The translations under genes were made by a program, and so were the position numbers. The notes beneath the pieces were generated by a model, which worked only from the letters and a program-made list of their open reading frames with translations, was not told the DNA's origin and did no database searches. From positions 73,036,001-73,100,000 of the forward strand of contig OZ024742.1 of NCBI GenBank assembly GCA_964016885.1: a DNA stretch of 64,000 bases. Reading direction: 5' to 3'. The DNA is from Eledone cirrhosa. Lineage: Eukaryota. Position 1 is the stretch's first letter, and each line of letters starts with the position of its first letter. Of this stretch, positions 15,501 through 30,239 are shown piece by piece.

Positions 15501-18500
15501 ACAGTGTATTATAGAAGACTATAGCAATACAGTGTATTATAGAAGACTATAGCAATACAGTGTATTATAGATGACTATAGCAAGACAGTATATTATAGAA
15601 GACTATAGCAATACAGTGTATTATAGAAGACTATAGAAAGACAATGTATTATAGAAGACTATAGCAAGACAGTATATTATAGAAGACTATAGCAAGACAG
15701 TGTATTATAGAAGACTATAGCAATACAGTGTATTATAGAAGACTATAGCAATACAGTGTATTATAGAAGACTATACCATACATTTTATTGTAGTAGTCTA
15801 TAGTAAGACAGTGTATTATAGAAAACTATAGCAAGACAGTGTATTATAGAAGACTATAGTACTATGGTATATTGTAGAAGACTATAACAAGACAGTGTAT
15901 TATAGAAGACTATAGCAAGACAGTGTATTATAGAAGAATATAGTACTACAGTGTATCAGAGAAGACATTAGCAAGACAGTATATTATAGTAGACTATAGC
16001 AATACAGTGTATTATAGAAGACTATAGCAATACAGTGTATTATAGAAGACTATAGCAATACATTGTATTATAGAAGACTATAGCAAGACATTGTATTATA
16101 GTAGACTATAGCAATGCAGTGTATTATAGATGACTATAGCAATACAGTGTATTATAGATGACTATAGCAATACAGTGTATTATAGAACACTATAGTACTA
16201 CAGTGTATTATAGAAGACTATAGCAAGACAGTGTATTATAGAACACTATAGTACTACAGTATATTATAGAAAACTATAGTACTACAGTGAATTAGAGAAG
16301 ACGATAGCAAGACAGTATATTATAGACTATAGCAATACAGTGTATTATAGAAGACTATAGCAAGACAGTGTATTACAGAAAACTATAGCAATACAGTGTA
16401 TTATAGAAGACTATAGCAATACAGTGTATTATAGAAGACTATAGCAAGACAGTGTATTATAGAAGACTATACCATACATTTTATTGTAGTAGTCTATAGT
16501 AAAACAGTGTATTATAGAAGACTATAGCAAGACAGTGTATTATAGAAGACTATAGCAATGCAGTGTATTATAGAAGACTATAGCAAGACAGTGTATTATA
16601 GAAGACTATAGTACTACGGTATATTGTAGAAAACTATAGCAAGACAGTGTATTATAGAAGACTATAGCAAGTCAGTGTATTATAGAAGACTATAGTACTA
16701 CAGTGTATCAGAGAAGACATTAGCAAGACAGTATATTATAGTAGACTATAGCAATACAGTGTATTATAGAAGACTATAGCAAGACAGTGTATTATAGAAG
16801 ACTATAGCAATACAGTGTATTATAGAAGACTATAGTACTATGGTATATTGTAGAAGACTATAACAAGACAGTGTATTATAGAAGACTATAGCAAGACAGT
16901 GTATTATAGAAGAATATAGTACTACAGTGTATCAGAGAAGACATTAGCAAGACAGTATATTATAGTAGACTATAGCAATACAGTGTATTATAGAAGACTA
17001 TAGCAATACAGTGTATTATAGAAGACTATAGCAATACATTGTATTATAGAAGACTATAGCAAGACATTGTATTATAGTAGACTATAGCAATGCAGTGTAT
17101 TATAGATGACTATAGCAATACAGTGTATTATAGATGACTATAGCAATACAGTGTATTATAGAACACTATAGTACTACAGTGTATTATAGAAGACTATAGC
17201 AAGACAGTGTATTATAGAAGACTATAGTACTACAGTATATTATAGAAAACTATAGTACTACAGTGAATTAGAGAAGACGATAGCAAGACAGTATATTATA
17301 GACTATAGCAATACAGTGTATTATAGAAGACTATAGCAAGACAGTGTATTACAGAAAACTATAGCAATACAGTGTATTATAGAAGACTATAGCAAGACAG
17401 TGTATTATAGAAGACTATAGCAATACAGTGTATTATAGAAGACTATAGCAAGACAGTGTATTATAGAAGACTATACCATACATTTTATTGTAGTAGTCTA
17501 TAGTAAAACAGTGTATTATAGAAGACTATAGCAAGACAGTGTATTATAGAAGACTATAGCAATGCAGTGTATTATAGAAGACTATAGCAAGACAGTGTAT
17601 TATAGAAGACTATAGTACTACGGTATATTGCAGAAAACTATAGCAAGACAGTGTATTATAGAAGACTATAGCAAGTCAGTGTATTATAGAAGACTATAGT
17701 ACTACAGTGTATCAGAGAAGACATTAGCAAGACAGTATATTATAGTAGACTATAGCAATACAGTGTATTATAGAAGACTATAGCAAGACAGTGTATTATA
17801 GAAGACTATAGCAATACAGTGTATTATAGAAGACTATAGTACTACAGTGTATTATAGAGAACTATAGCAAGACAGTGTATTATAGAAGACCATAGTACTA
17901 CAGTATATTATAGAAGACTATAGTACTACAGTGTATTAGAGAAGACGGTAGCAAGACAGTATATTGTAGACTATAGCAATACAATGTATTATAGAAGACT
18001 GTAGCAAGACAGTGTATTATAGAAGACTATAGCAATACAGTGTATTATAGAAGACTATAGCAAGACAGTGTATTATAGAAGACTATACCATACATTTTAT
18101 TGTAGTAGTCTATAGTAAAACAGTGTATTATAGAAGACTATAGCAATGCAGTGTATTATAGAAGACTATAGCAAGACAGTGTATTATAGAAGACTATAGT
18201 ACTACGGTATATTGTAGAAAACTATAGCAAGACAGTGTATTATAGAAGACTATAGCAAGTCAGTGTATTATAGAAGACTATAGTACTACAGTGTATCAGA
18301 GAAGACATTAGCAAGACAGTATATTATAGTAGACTATAGCAATACAGTGTATTATAGAAGACTATAGCAAGACAGTGTATTATAGAAGACTATAGCAAGA
18401 CAGTGTATTATAGAAGACTATAGTACTACAGTGTATTATAGAGGACTATAGCAAGACAGTGTATTATAGAAGACTATAGTACTACAGTATATTATAGAAG

Positions 18501-21500
18501 ACTATAGCACTACAGTGTATTAGAGAAGACGATAGCAAGACAGTATATTATAGACTATAGCAATACAATGTATTATAGAAGACTATAGCAAGACAGTGTA
18601 TTATAGAAAACTATAGCAATACAGTGTATTATAGAAGACTGTAGCAAGACAGTGTATTATAGAAGACTATAGCAATACAGTGTATTATAGAAGACTATAG
18701 CAAGACAGTGTATTATAGAAGACTATACCATACATTTTATTGTAGTAGTCTATAGTAAAACAGTGTATTATAGAAGACTATAGCAAGACAGTGTAATTTA
18801 GAAGACTATAGCAATGCAGTGTATTATAGAAGACTATAGCAAGACAGTGTATTATAGAAGATTATAGTACTACGGTATATTGTAGAAAACTATAGCAAGA
18901 CAGTGTATTATAGAAGACTATAGCAAGTCAGTGTATTATAGAAGACTATAGTACTACAGTGTATCAGAGAAGACATTAGCAAGACAGTATATTATAGTAG
19001 ACTATAGCAAGACAGTGTATTATAGAAGACTATAGCAAGACAGTGTATTATAGAAGACTATAGCAAGACAGTGTATTATAGAAGACTATAGTACTACAGT
19101 GTATTATAGAGGACTATAGCAAGACAGTGTATTATAGAAGACTATAGTACTACAGTATATTATAGAAGACTATAGCACTACAGTGTATTAGAGAAGACGA
19201 TAGCAAGACAGTATATTATAGACTATGGCAATACAATGTATTATAGAAGACTATAGCAAGACAGTGTATTATAGAAAACTATAGCAATACAGTGTATTAT
19301 AGAAGACTGTAGCAAGACAGTGTATTATAGAAGACTATAGCAATACAGTGTATTATAGAAGACTATAGTACTACAGTATATTATAGAAGACTATAGTACT
19401 ACAGTGTATTATAGAAGACTATAGCAAGACAGTGTATTATAGAAAACTATAACAATACAGTGTATTATAGAAGACTATAGCAAGACAGTGTATTATAGAA
19501 GACTATAGCATTACAGTGTATTATAGAAGACTATAGCAATACAGTGTATTATAGATGACTATAGCAATACAGTGTATTATAGATGACTATAAGCAAGACA
19601 GTGTATTATAGAAGACTATAGCAATGCAGTGTATTATAGAAGACTATAGAAAGACAATGTATTACAGAAGACTATAGCAAGACAGAATATTATAGAAGAC
19701 TATAGCAAGACAGTGTATTATAGAAGACTATAGCAATGCAGTGTATTATAGAAGACTATAGAAAGACAATGTATTACAGAAGACTATAGCAAGACAGTAT
19801 ATTATAGAAGACTATAGCAAGACAGTGTATTATAGAAGACTATAGTACTACAGTGTATTAGAGAAGACGATAGCAAGACAGTATATTATAGACTATAGCA
19901 ATACAGTGTATTATAGAAGACTATAGCAAGACAGTGTATTATAGAAGACTATAGCAATACAGTGTATTATAGAAGACTATAGCAATACAGTGTATTATAG
20001 ATGACTATAGCAAGACAGTGTATTATAGAAGACTATAGTACTACAGTATATTATAGAAGACTATAGTACTACAGTGTATTAGAGAAGACGATAGCAAGAC
20101 AGTATATTATAGACTATAGCAATACAGTGTATTATAGAAGACTATAGCAAGACAGTGTATTATAGAAGACTATAGCAATACAGTGTATTATAGAAGACTA
20201 TAGCAATACAGTGTATTATAGATGACTATAGCAAGACAGTATATTATAGAAGACTATAGCAATACAGTGTATTATAGAAGACTATAGCAATACAGTGTAT
20301 TATAGAAGACTATAGCAATACAGTGTATTATAGATGACAATAGCAATACAGTGTATTATAGATGACTATAGCAATACAGTGTATTATAGAAGACTATAGC
20401 AATACAGTGTATTATAGAAGACTATAGCAAGAGAGTGTATTATAGAAGACTATACCATACATTTTATTGTAGTAGTCTATAGTAAGACAGTGTATTATAG
20501 AAAACTATAGCAAGACAGTGTATTATAGAAGACTATAGTACTATGGTATATTGTAGAAGACTATAACAAGACAGTGTATTATAGAAGACTATAGCAAGAC
20601 GGTGTATTATAGAAGAATATAGTACTACAGTGTATCAGAGAAGACATTAGCAAGACAGTATATTATAGTAGACTATAGCAATACAGTGTATTATAGAAGA
20701 CTATAGCAATACATTGTATTATAGAAGACTATAGCAAGACATTGTATTATAGTAGACTATAGGAATGCAGTGTATTATAGATGACTATAGCAATACAGTG
20801 TATTATAGAACACTATAGTACTACAGTGTATTATAGAAGACTATAGCAAGACAGTGTATTATAGAAGACTATAGTACTACAGTATATTATAGAAAACTAT
20901 AGTACTACAGTGAATTAGAGAAGACGATAGCAAGACAGTATATTATAGACTATAGCAATACAGTGTATTATAGAAGACTATAGCAAGACAGTGTATTACA
21001 GAAAACTATAGCAATACAGTGTATTATAGAAGACTATAGCAAGACAGTGTATTATAGAAGACTATAGCAATACAGTGTATTATAGAAGACTATAGCAAGA
21101 CAGTGTATTATAGAAGACTATAGCAATACAGTGTATTATAGAAGACTATAGCAAGACAGTGTATTATAGAAGACTATAGCAATGCAGTGTATTATAGAAG
21201 ACTATAGCAAGACAGTGTATTATAGAAGACTATAGCAAGACAGTGTATTATAGAAGATTATAGTACTACGGTATATTGTAGAAAACTATAGCAAGACAGT
21301 GTATTATAGAAGACTATAGCAAGTCAGTGTATTATAGAAGACTATAGTACTACAGTGTATCAGAGAAGACATTAGCAAGACAGTATATTATAGTAGACTA
21401 TAGCAAGACAGTGTATTATAGAAGACTATAGCAAGACAGTGTATTATAGAAGACTATAGCAAGACAGTGTATTATAGAAGACTATAGTACTACAGTGTAT

Positions 21501-24500
21501 TATAGAGGACTATAGCAAGACAGTGTATTATAGAAGACTATAGTACTACAGTATATTATAGAAGACTATAGCACTACAGTGTATTAGAGAAGACGATAGC
21601 AAGACAGTATATTATAGACTATGGCAATACAATGTATTATAGAAGACTATAGCAAGACAGTGTATTATAGAAAACTATAGCAATACAGTGTATTATAGAA
21701 GACTGTAGCAAGACAGTGTATTATAGAAGACTATAGCAATACAGTGTATTATAGAAGACTATAGTACTACAGTATATTATAGAAGACTATAGTACTACAG
21801 TGTATTATAGAAGACTATAGCAAGACAGTGTATTATAGAAAACTATAACAATACAGTGTATTATAGAAGACTATAGCAAGACAGTGTATTATAGAAGACT
21901 ATAGCATTACAGTGTATTATAGAAGACTATAGCAATACAGTGTATTATAGATGACTATAGCAATACAGTGTATTATAGATGACTATAAGCAAGACAGTGT
22001 ATTATAGAAGACTATAGCAATGCAGTGTATTATAGAAGACTATAGAAAGACAATGTATTACAGAAGACTATAGCAAGACAGAATATTATAGAAGACTATA
22101 GCAAGACAGTGTATTATAGAAGACTATAGCAATGCAGTGTATTATAGAAGACTATAGAAAGACAATGTATTACAGAAGACTATAGCAAGACAGTATATTA
22201 TAGAAGACTATAGCAAGACAGTGTATTATAGAAGACTATAGTACTACAGTGTATTAGAGAAGACGATAGCAAGACAGTATATTATAGACTATAGCAATAC
22301 AGTGTATTATAGAAGACTATAGCAAGACAGTGTATTATAGAAGACTATAGCAATACAGTGTATTATAGAAGACTATAGCAATACAGTGTATTATAGATGA
22401 CTATAGCAAGACAGTGTATTATAGAAGACTATAGTACTACAGTATATTATAGAAGACTATAGTACTACAGTGTATTAGAGAAGACGATAGCAAGACAGTA
22501 TATTATAGACTATAGCAATACAGTGTATTATAGAAGACTATAGCAAGACAGTGTATTATAGAAGACTATAGCAATACAGTGTATTATAGAAGACTATAGC
22601 AATACAGTGTATTATAGATGACTATAGCAAGACAGTATATTATAGAAGACTATAGCAATACAGTGTATTATAGAAGACTATAGCAATACAGTGTATTATA
22701 GAAGACTATAGCAATACAGTGTATTATAGATGACAATAGCAATACAGTGTATTATAGATGACTATAGCAATACAGTGTATTATAGAAGACTATAGCAATA
22801 CAGTGTATTATAGAAGACTATAGCAAGAGAGTGTATTATAGAAGACTATACCATACATTTTATTGTAGTAGTCTATAGTAAGACAGTGTATTATAGAAAA
22901 CTATAGCAAGACAGTGTATTATAGAAGACTATAGTACTATGGTATATTGTAGAAGACTATAACAAGACAGTGTATTATAGAAGACTATAGCAAGACGGTG
23001 TATTATAGAAGAATATAGTACTACAGTGTATCAGAGAAGACATTAGCAAGACAGTATATTATAGTAGACTATAGCAATACAGTGTATTATAGAAGACTAT
23101 AGCAATACATTGTATTATAGAAGACTATAGCAAGACATTGTATTATAGTAGACTATAGGAATGCAGTGTATTATAGATGACTATAGCAATACAGTGTATT
23201 ATAGAACACTATAGTACTACAGTGTATTATAGAAGACTATAGCAAGACAGTGTATTATAGAAGACTATAGTACTACAGTATATTATAGAAAACTATAGTA
23301 CTACAGTGAATTAGAGAAGACGATAGCAAGACAGTATATTATAGACTATAGCAATACAGTGTATTATAGAAGACTATAGCAAGACAGTGTATTACAGAAA
23401 ACTATAGCAATACAGTGTATTATAGAAGACTATAGCAAGACAGTGTATTATAGAAGACTATAGCAATACAGTGTATTATAGAAGACTATAGCAAGACAGT
23501 GTATTATAGAAGACTATAGCAATACAGTGTATTATAGAAGACTATAGCAAGACAGTGTATTATAGAAGACTATAGCAATGCAGTGTATTATAGAAGACTA
23601 TAGCAAGACAGTGTATTATAGAAGACTATAGCAAGACAGTGTATTATAGAAGACTATAGTACTACGGTATATTGTAGAAAACTATAGCAAGACAGTGTAT
23701 TATAGAAGACTATAGCAAGTCAGTGTATTATAGAAGACTATAGTACTACAGTGTATCAGAGAAGACATTAGCAAGACAGTATATTATAGTAGACTATAGC
23801 AATACAGTGTATTATAGAAGACTATAGCAAGACAGTGTATTATAGAAGACTATAGCAAGACAGTGTATTATAGAAGACTATAGTACTACAGTGTATTATA
23901 GAGGACTATAGCAAGACAGTGTATTATAGAAGACTATAGTACTACAGTATATTATAGAAGACTATAGTACTACAGTGTATTAGAGAAGACGATAGCAAGA
24001 CAGTATATTATAGACTATAGCAATACAATGTATTATAGAAGACTATAGCAAGACAGTGTATTATAGAAGACTATAGCAATACAGTGTATTATAGAAGACT
24101 ATAGCAATACAGTGTATTATAGAAGACTGTAGCAATACAGTGTATTATAGAAGACTGTAGCAAGACAGTGTATTATAGAAGACTATAGCAATACAGTGTA
24201 TTATAGAAGACTATAGCAATACAGTGTATTATGGAAGACTATAGCAAGACAGTGTATTATAGAAGACTATAGCAAGACAGTGTATTATAGAAGAATATAG
24301 TACTACAGTGTATCAGAGAAGACATTAGCAAGACAGTATATTATAGTAGACTATAGCAATACAGTGTATTATAGAAGACTATAGCAATACATTGTATTAT
24401 AGAAGACTATAGCAAGACATTGTATTATAGTAGACTATAGCAATGCAGTGTATTATAGATGACTATAGCAATACAGTGTATTATAGATGACAATAGCAAT

Positions 24501-27500
24501 ACAGTGTATTATAGAACACTATAGTACTACAGTGTATTATAGAAGACTATAGCAAGACAGTGTATTATAGGAGACTATAGTACTACAGTATATTATAGAA
24601 AACTATAGTACTACAGTGTATTAGAGAAGACGATAGCAAGACAGTATATTATAGACTATAGCAATACAGAGTATTATAGAAGACTATAGCAAGACAGTGT
24701 ATTATAGAAAACTATAGCAATACAGTGTATTATAGAAGACTATAGCAAGACAGTCTATTATAGAAGACTATAGCAAGACAGTATATTATAGAAGACTATA
24801 GCAAGACAGTGTATTATAGAAGATTATAGCAATACAGTGTATTATAGAAGACTATAGCAAGACAGTGTATTATAGAAGACTATACCATACATTTTATTGT
24901 AGTAGTCTATAGTAAAACAGTGTATTATAGAAGACTATAGCAAGACAGTGTATTATAGAAGACTATAGCAATGCAGTGTATTATAGAAGACTATAGCAAG
25001 ACAGTGTATTATAGAAGACTATAGTACTACGGTATATTGTAGAAAACTATAGCAAGACAGTGTATTATAGAAGACTATAGCAATACAGTGTATTATAGAA
25101 GACTATAGTACTACAGTGTATCAGAGAAGACATTAGCAAGACAGTATATTATAGTAGACTATAGCAATACAGTGTATTATAGAAGACTATAGCAAGACAG
25201 TGTATTATAGAAGACTATAGTACTACAGTGTATTATAGAGGACTATAGCAAGACAGTGTATTATAGAAGACTATAGTACTACAGTATATTATAGAAGACT
25301 ATAGTACTACAGTGTATTAGAGAAGACGATAGCAAGACATTATATTATAGACTATAGCAATACAATGTATTATAGAAGACTATAGCAAGACAGTGTATTA
25401 TAGAAGACTATAGTACTAGAGCGTATTATAGAAGACTATAGCAAGACAGTGTATTATAGAAGACTATACCATACATTTTATTGTAGTAGTCTATAGTAAG
25501 AAAGTGTATTATAGAAGACTATAGCAAGACAGTGTATCAGAGAAGACATTAGCAAGATAGTATATTATAGAAGACTATAGCAAGACAATGTATTATAGAA
25601 GACTATGGCAAGACAGTGTATTATAGATGACTATAGCAATACAGTGTATTATAGAAGACTATAGTACTACAGTGCATTATAGAAGACTATAGCAAGACAG
25701 TGTATTATAGAAGACTATAGTACTACAGTATATTATAGAAGACTATAGTACTACAGTGTATTAGAGAAGACGATTGCAAGACAGTATATTATAGACTATA
25801 GCAATACAGTGTATTATAGAAGACTATAGCAAGACAGTGTATTATAGAAAACTATAGCAATACAGTGTATTACAGAAGACTATAGCAAGACAGTGTATTA
25901 TAGAAGACAATAGCAATACAGTGTATTATAGAAGACTATGGCAATACAGTGTATTATAGATGACTATAGCAAGACAGTATATTATAGAAGACTATAGCAA
26001 TACAGTGTATTATAGAAGACTATAGAAAGACAATGTATTATAGAAGACTATATCAAGACAGTATATTATAGAAGACTATAGCAAGACAGTGTATTATAGA
26101 AGACTATAGCAATACAGTGTATTATAGAAGACTATAGCAAGACAGTGTATTATAGAAGACTATACCATACATTTTATTGTAGTAGTCTATAGTAAGACAG
26201 TGTATTATAGAAAACTATAGCAAGACAGTGTATTATAGAAGACTATAGTACTACGGTATATTGTAGAAGACTATAACAAGACAGTGTATTATAGAAGACT
26301 ATAGCAAGACAGTGTATTATAGAAGAATATAGTACTATAGTGTATCAGAGAAGACATTAGCAAGACGGTATATTATAGTAGACTATAGCAATACAGTGTA
26401 TTATAGAAGACTATAGCAATACAGTGTATTATAGAAGACTATAGCAATACATTGTATTATAGAAGACTATAGCAAGACATTGTATTATAGTAGACTATAG
26501 CAATGCAGTGTATTATAGATGACTATAGCAATACAGTGTATTATAGATGACTATAGCAATACAGTGTATTATAGAACACTATAGTACTACAGTGTATTAT
26601 AGAAGACTATGGCAAGACAGTGTATTATAGAAGATTATAGTACTACAGTATATTATAGAAAACTATAGTACTACAGTGTATTAGAGAAGACCATAGCAAG
26701 ACAGTATATTATAGACTATAGCAATACAGTGTATTATAGAAGACTATAGCAAGACAGTGTATTACAGAAAACTATAGCGATACAGTGTATTATAGAAGAC
26801 TATAGCAAGACAGTGTTTTTATAGAAGACTATAGCAAAACAGTATATTATAGAAGACTATAGCAAGACAGTGTATTATAGAAGACTATAGCAATACAGTG
26901 TATTATAGAAGACTATAGCAAGACAGTGTATTATAGAAGACTATACCATACATTTTATTGTAGTAGTCTATAGTAAAACAGTGTATTATAGAAGACTATA
27001 GCAAGACAGTGTATTATAGAAGACTATAGCAATGCAGTGTATTATAGAAGACTATAGCAAGACAGTTATTATAGAAGACTATAGTACTACGGTATATTGT
27101 AGAAAACTATAGCAAGACAGTGTATTATAGAAGACTATAGCAAGACAGTGTATTATAGAAGACTATAGTACTACAGTGTATCAGAGAAGACATTAGCAAG
27201 ACAGTATATTATAGTATACTATAGCAATACAGTGTATTATAGAAGACTATAGCAAGACAGTGTATTATAGAAGACTATAGCAAGACAGTGTATTATAGAA
27301 GACTATAGTACTACAGTGTATTATAGAGGACTATAGCAAGACAGTGTATTATAGAAGACTATAGTACTACAGTATATTATAGAAGACTATAGTACTACAG
27401 TGTATTAGAGAAGACGATAGCAAGACAGTATATTATAGACTATAGCAATACAATGTATTATATAAGACTATAGCAAGACAGAGTATTATAGAAAACTATA

Positions 27501-30239
27501 GCAATACAGTGTATTATAGAAGACTGTAGCAAGACAGTGTATTATAGAAGACTATAGCAATACAGTGTATTATAGAAGACTATAGCAAGACAGTGTATTA
27601 TAGAAGACTATAGCAGTACAGTGTATTATAGAAGACTATAGCAATACAGTGTATTATAGAAGACTGTAGCAAGACAGTGTATTATAGAAGACTGTAGCAC
27701 TACAGTGTATTATAGAAGACTGTAGCAAGACAGTGTATTATAGAAGACTATAGCAATACGGTGTATTATAGAAGACTATAGCAAGACAGTGTATTATAGA
27801 AGACTATAGCAATACAGTGTATTATAGAAGACTATAGCAAGACAGTGTATTATAGAAGACTATAGCAATACAGTGTATTATAGAAGACTGTAGCAAGACA
27901 GTGTATTATAGAATACTATAGCAATACAGTGTATTATAGAAGACTATAGCAATACAGTGTATTATAGAAGACTATAGCAATACAGTGTATTATAGAAGAC
28001 TATAGCAATACAGTGTATTATAGAAGACTATAGCAAGACAGTGTATTATAGAAGACTATAGCAATACAGTGTATTATAGAAGACTATAGCAATACAGTAT
28101 ATTATAGAAGACTATAGCAAGACAGTGTATTATAGAAGACTATAGCAAGACAGTATATTATAGAAGACTATAGCAAGACAGTGTATTATAGAAGACTATA
28201 GCAATACAGTGTGTTATAGATGACTATAGCAAGACAGTGTATTATAGAAGACTATACCAGACATTTTATTGTAGTAGTCTATAGTATGACAGTGTATTAT
28301 AGAAGACTATAGCAAGACAGTGTATTATAGAAGACTATAGTACTACGTTATATTGTAGAAGACTATAGCAAGACAGTGTATTATAGAAGACTATAGCAAG
28401 ACAGTGTATTATAGAAGACTATAGTACTACAGTGTATCAGAGAAGACATTAGCAAGACAGTATATTATAGTAGACTATAGCAAGACAGTGTATTATAGAA
28501 AACTATAGCAATACAGTGTATTATAGAAGACTATAGCAAGACAGTGTATTATAGAAAACTATAGCAATACAGTGTATTATAGAAGACTATAACAAGACAG
28601 TGTATTATAGAAAACTATAGCAATACAGTGTATTATAGAAGACTATAGCAATACAGTGTATTATAGAAGACTATAGCAAGACAGTATATTATAGAGGACT
28701 ATAACAAGACATTGTATTATAGAAGACTATAGTACTACAATATATTATAGAAGACTATAGCAAGACAGTGTATTTTAGAAGACTATAGTACTAGAGCGTA
28801 TTATAGAAGACGATAGCAATACAGAGAATTATAGAAGACTACAGTATATTATAGAAGACTATAGCAAGACAGTGTATTATAGAAGACTATAGCAATACAT
28901 TGTATTATAGAAGACTATAGCAATGCAGTGTATTATAGAAGACTATAGCAATACAGTGTATTATAGAAGACTATAGCAATACAGTGTATTATAGAACACT
29001 ATAGTACTACAGTGTATTATAGAAGACTATAGCAAGACATTGTATTATAGAAGACTATAGTACTACAGTATATTATAGAAGACTATAGTAATAGAGTGTA
29101 TTAGAGAAGACTATAGCAAGACAGTGTATTATAGAAAACTCTAGCAATACAGTGTATTATAGAAGATTATAGCAATACAGTGTATTATAGAAGACTATAG
29201 CAATACAGTGTATTGTAGAAGACTATAGCAATACAGTGTATTATAGAAGACTATAGCAATACAGTGTATTATAGAAGACTATAGCAAGATAGTGTATTAT
29301 AGAAGACTATACCATACATTTTATTGTAGTAGTCTATAGTAAGACAGTGTATTATAGAAGACTATAGCAAGACAGTGTTTTATAGAAGACTATAGCAATG
29401 CAGTGTATTATAGAAGTCTATAGCAAGACAGTGTATTACAGAAGACTATAGTACTACAGTGTATCAGAGAAGACATTAGCAAGACAGTATATTATAGTAG
29501 ACTATAGCAATACAGTGTATTATAGAAGACTATAGCAAGACAGTGTATTATAAAAGACTATAGCAAGACAGTATATTATAGAGGACTATAGCAAGACAGT
29601 GTATTATAGAAGACTATAGCAAGACAGTGTATTATAGAAGACTATATCAATATAGTGTATTATAGAAGACTATAGCAATACAGTGTATTATAGAAGACTA
29701 TAGCAATAAAGTGTATTATAGAAGATTATACCAAGAGAGTGTATTATAGAAGACTATAGCAAGACAGTATATTATAGAGGACTATAGTACTACAGTATAT
29801 TATAGAAGACTATAGCAAGACAGTGTATTATAGAAGACTATAGTACTAGAGCGTATTATAGAAGACTATAGCAATACAGAGAATTATAGAAGACTATTGT
29901 ACTAGAGTATATTAGAGAAGACTATAGCAAGACAGTGTATTTTAGAAGACTATAGTACTAGAATGTATTATAGAAGACTATAGCAAAACAGTGTATTATA
30001 GAAGACTATAGAAAGACAGTGTATTATAGAAGAATATATACTACAGTGTATTATAGAAGATTATACCAAGAGAGTGTATTATAGAAGACTATACCATACA
30101 GTGTATTATGGAAGACGATACCATACATTTTATTGTAGTAGTCTATAGTAAGACAGTGTATTATAGAAGACTATAGCAATGCAGTGTATTATAGAAGACT
30201 ATAGCAAGACAGTGTATTATAGAAGACTATAGCAAGACA

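Larger units (their letters stand above)
2058..22963. repeat. Tandem duplication of a 10,453-bp satellite block (about 2058-12510 and 12511-22963)
   Basis: Rare variants recur at exactly +10453: GACTAAGCAA 2161/12614; ACAGTGATAT 4661/15114; TATATTGCAG 7171/17624; TGACTATAAG 11527/21980; GTACTATGG 12481/22934. Confidence 0.93.
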
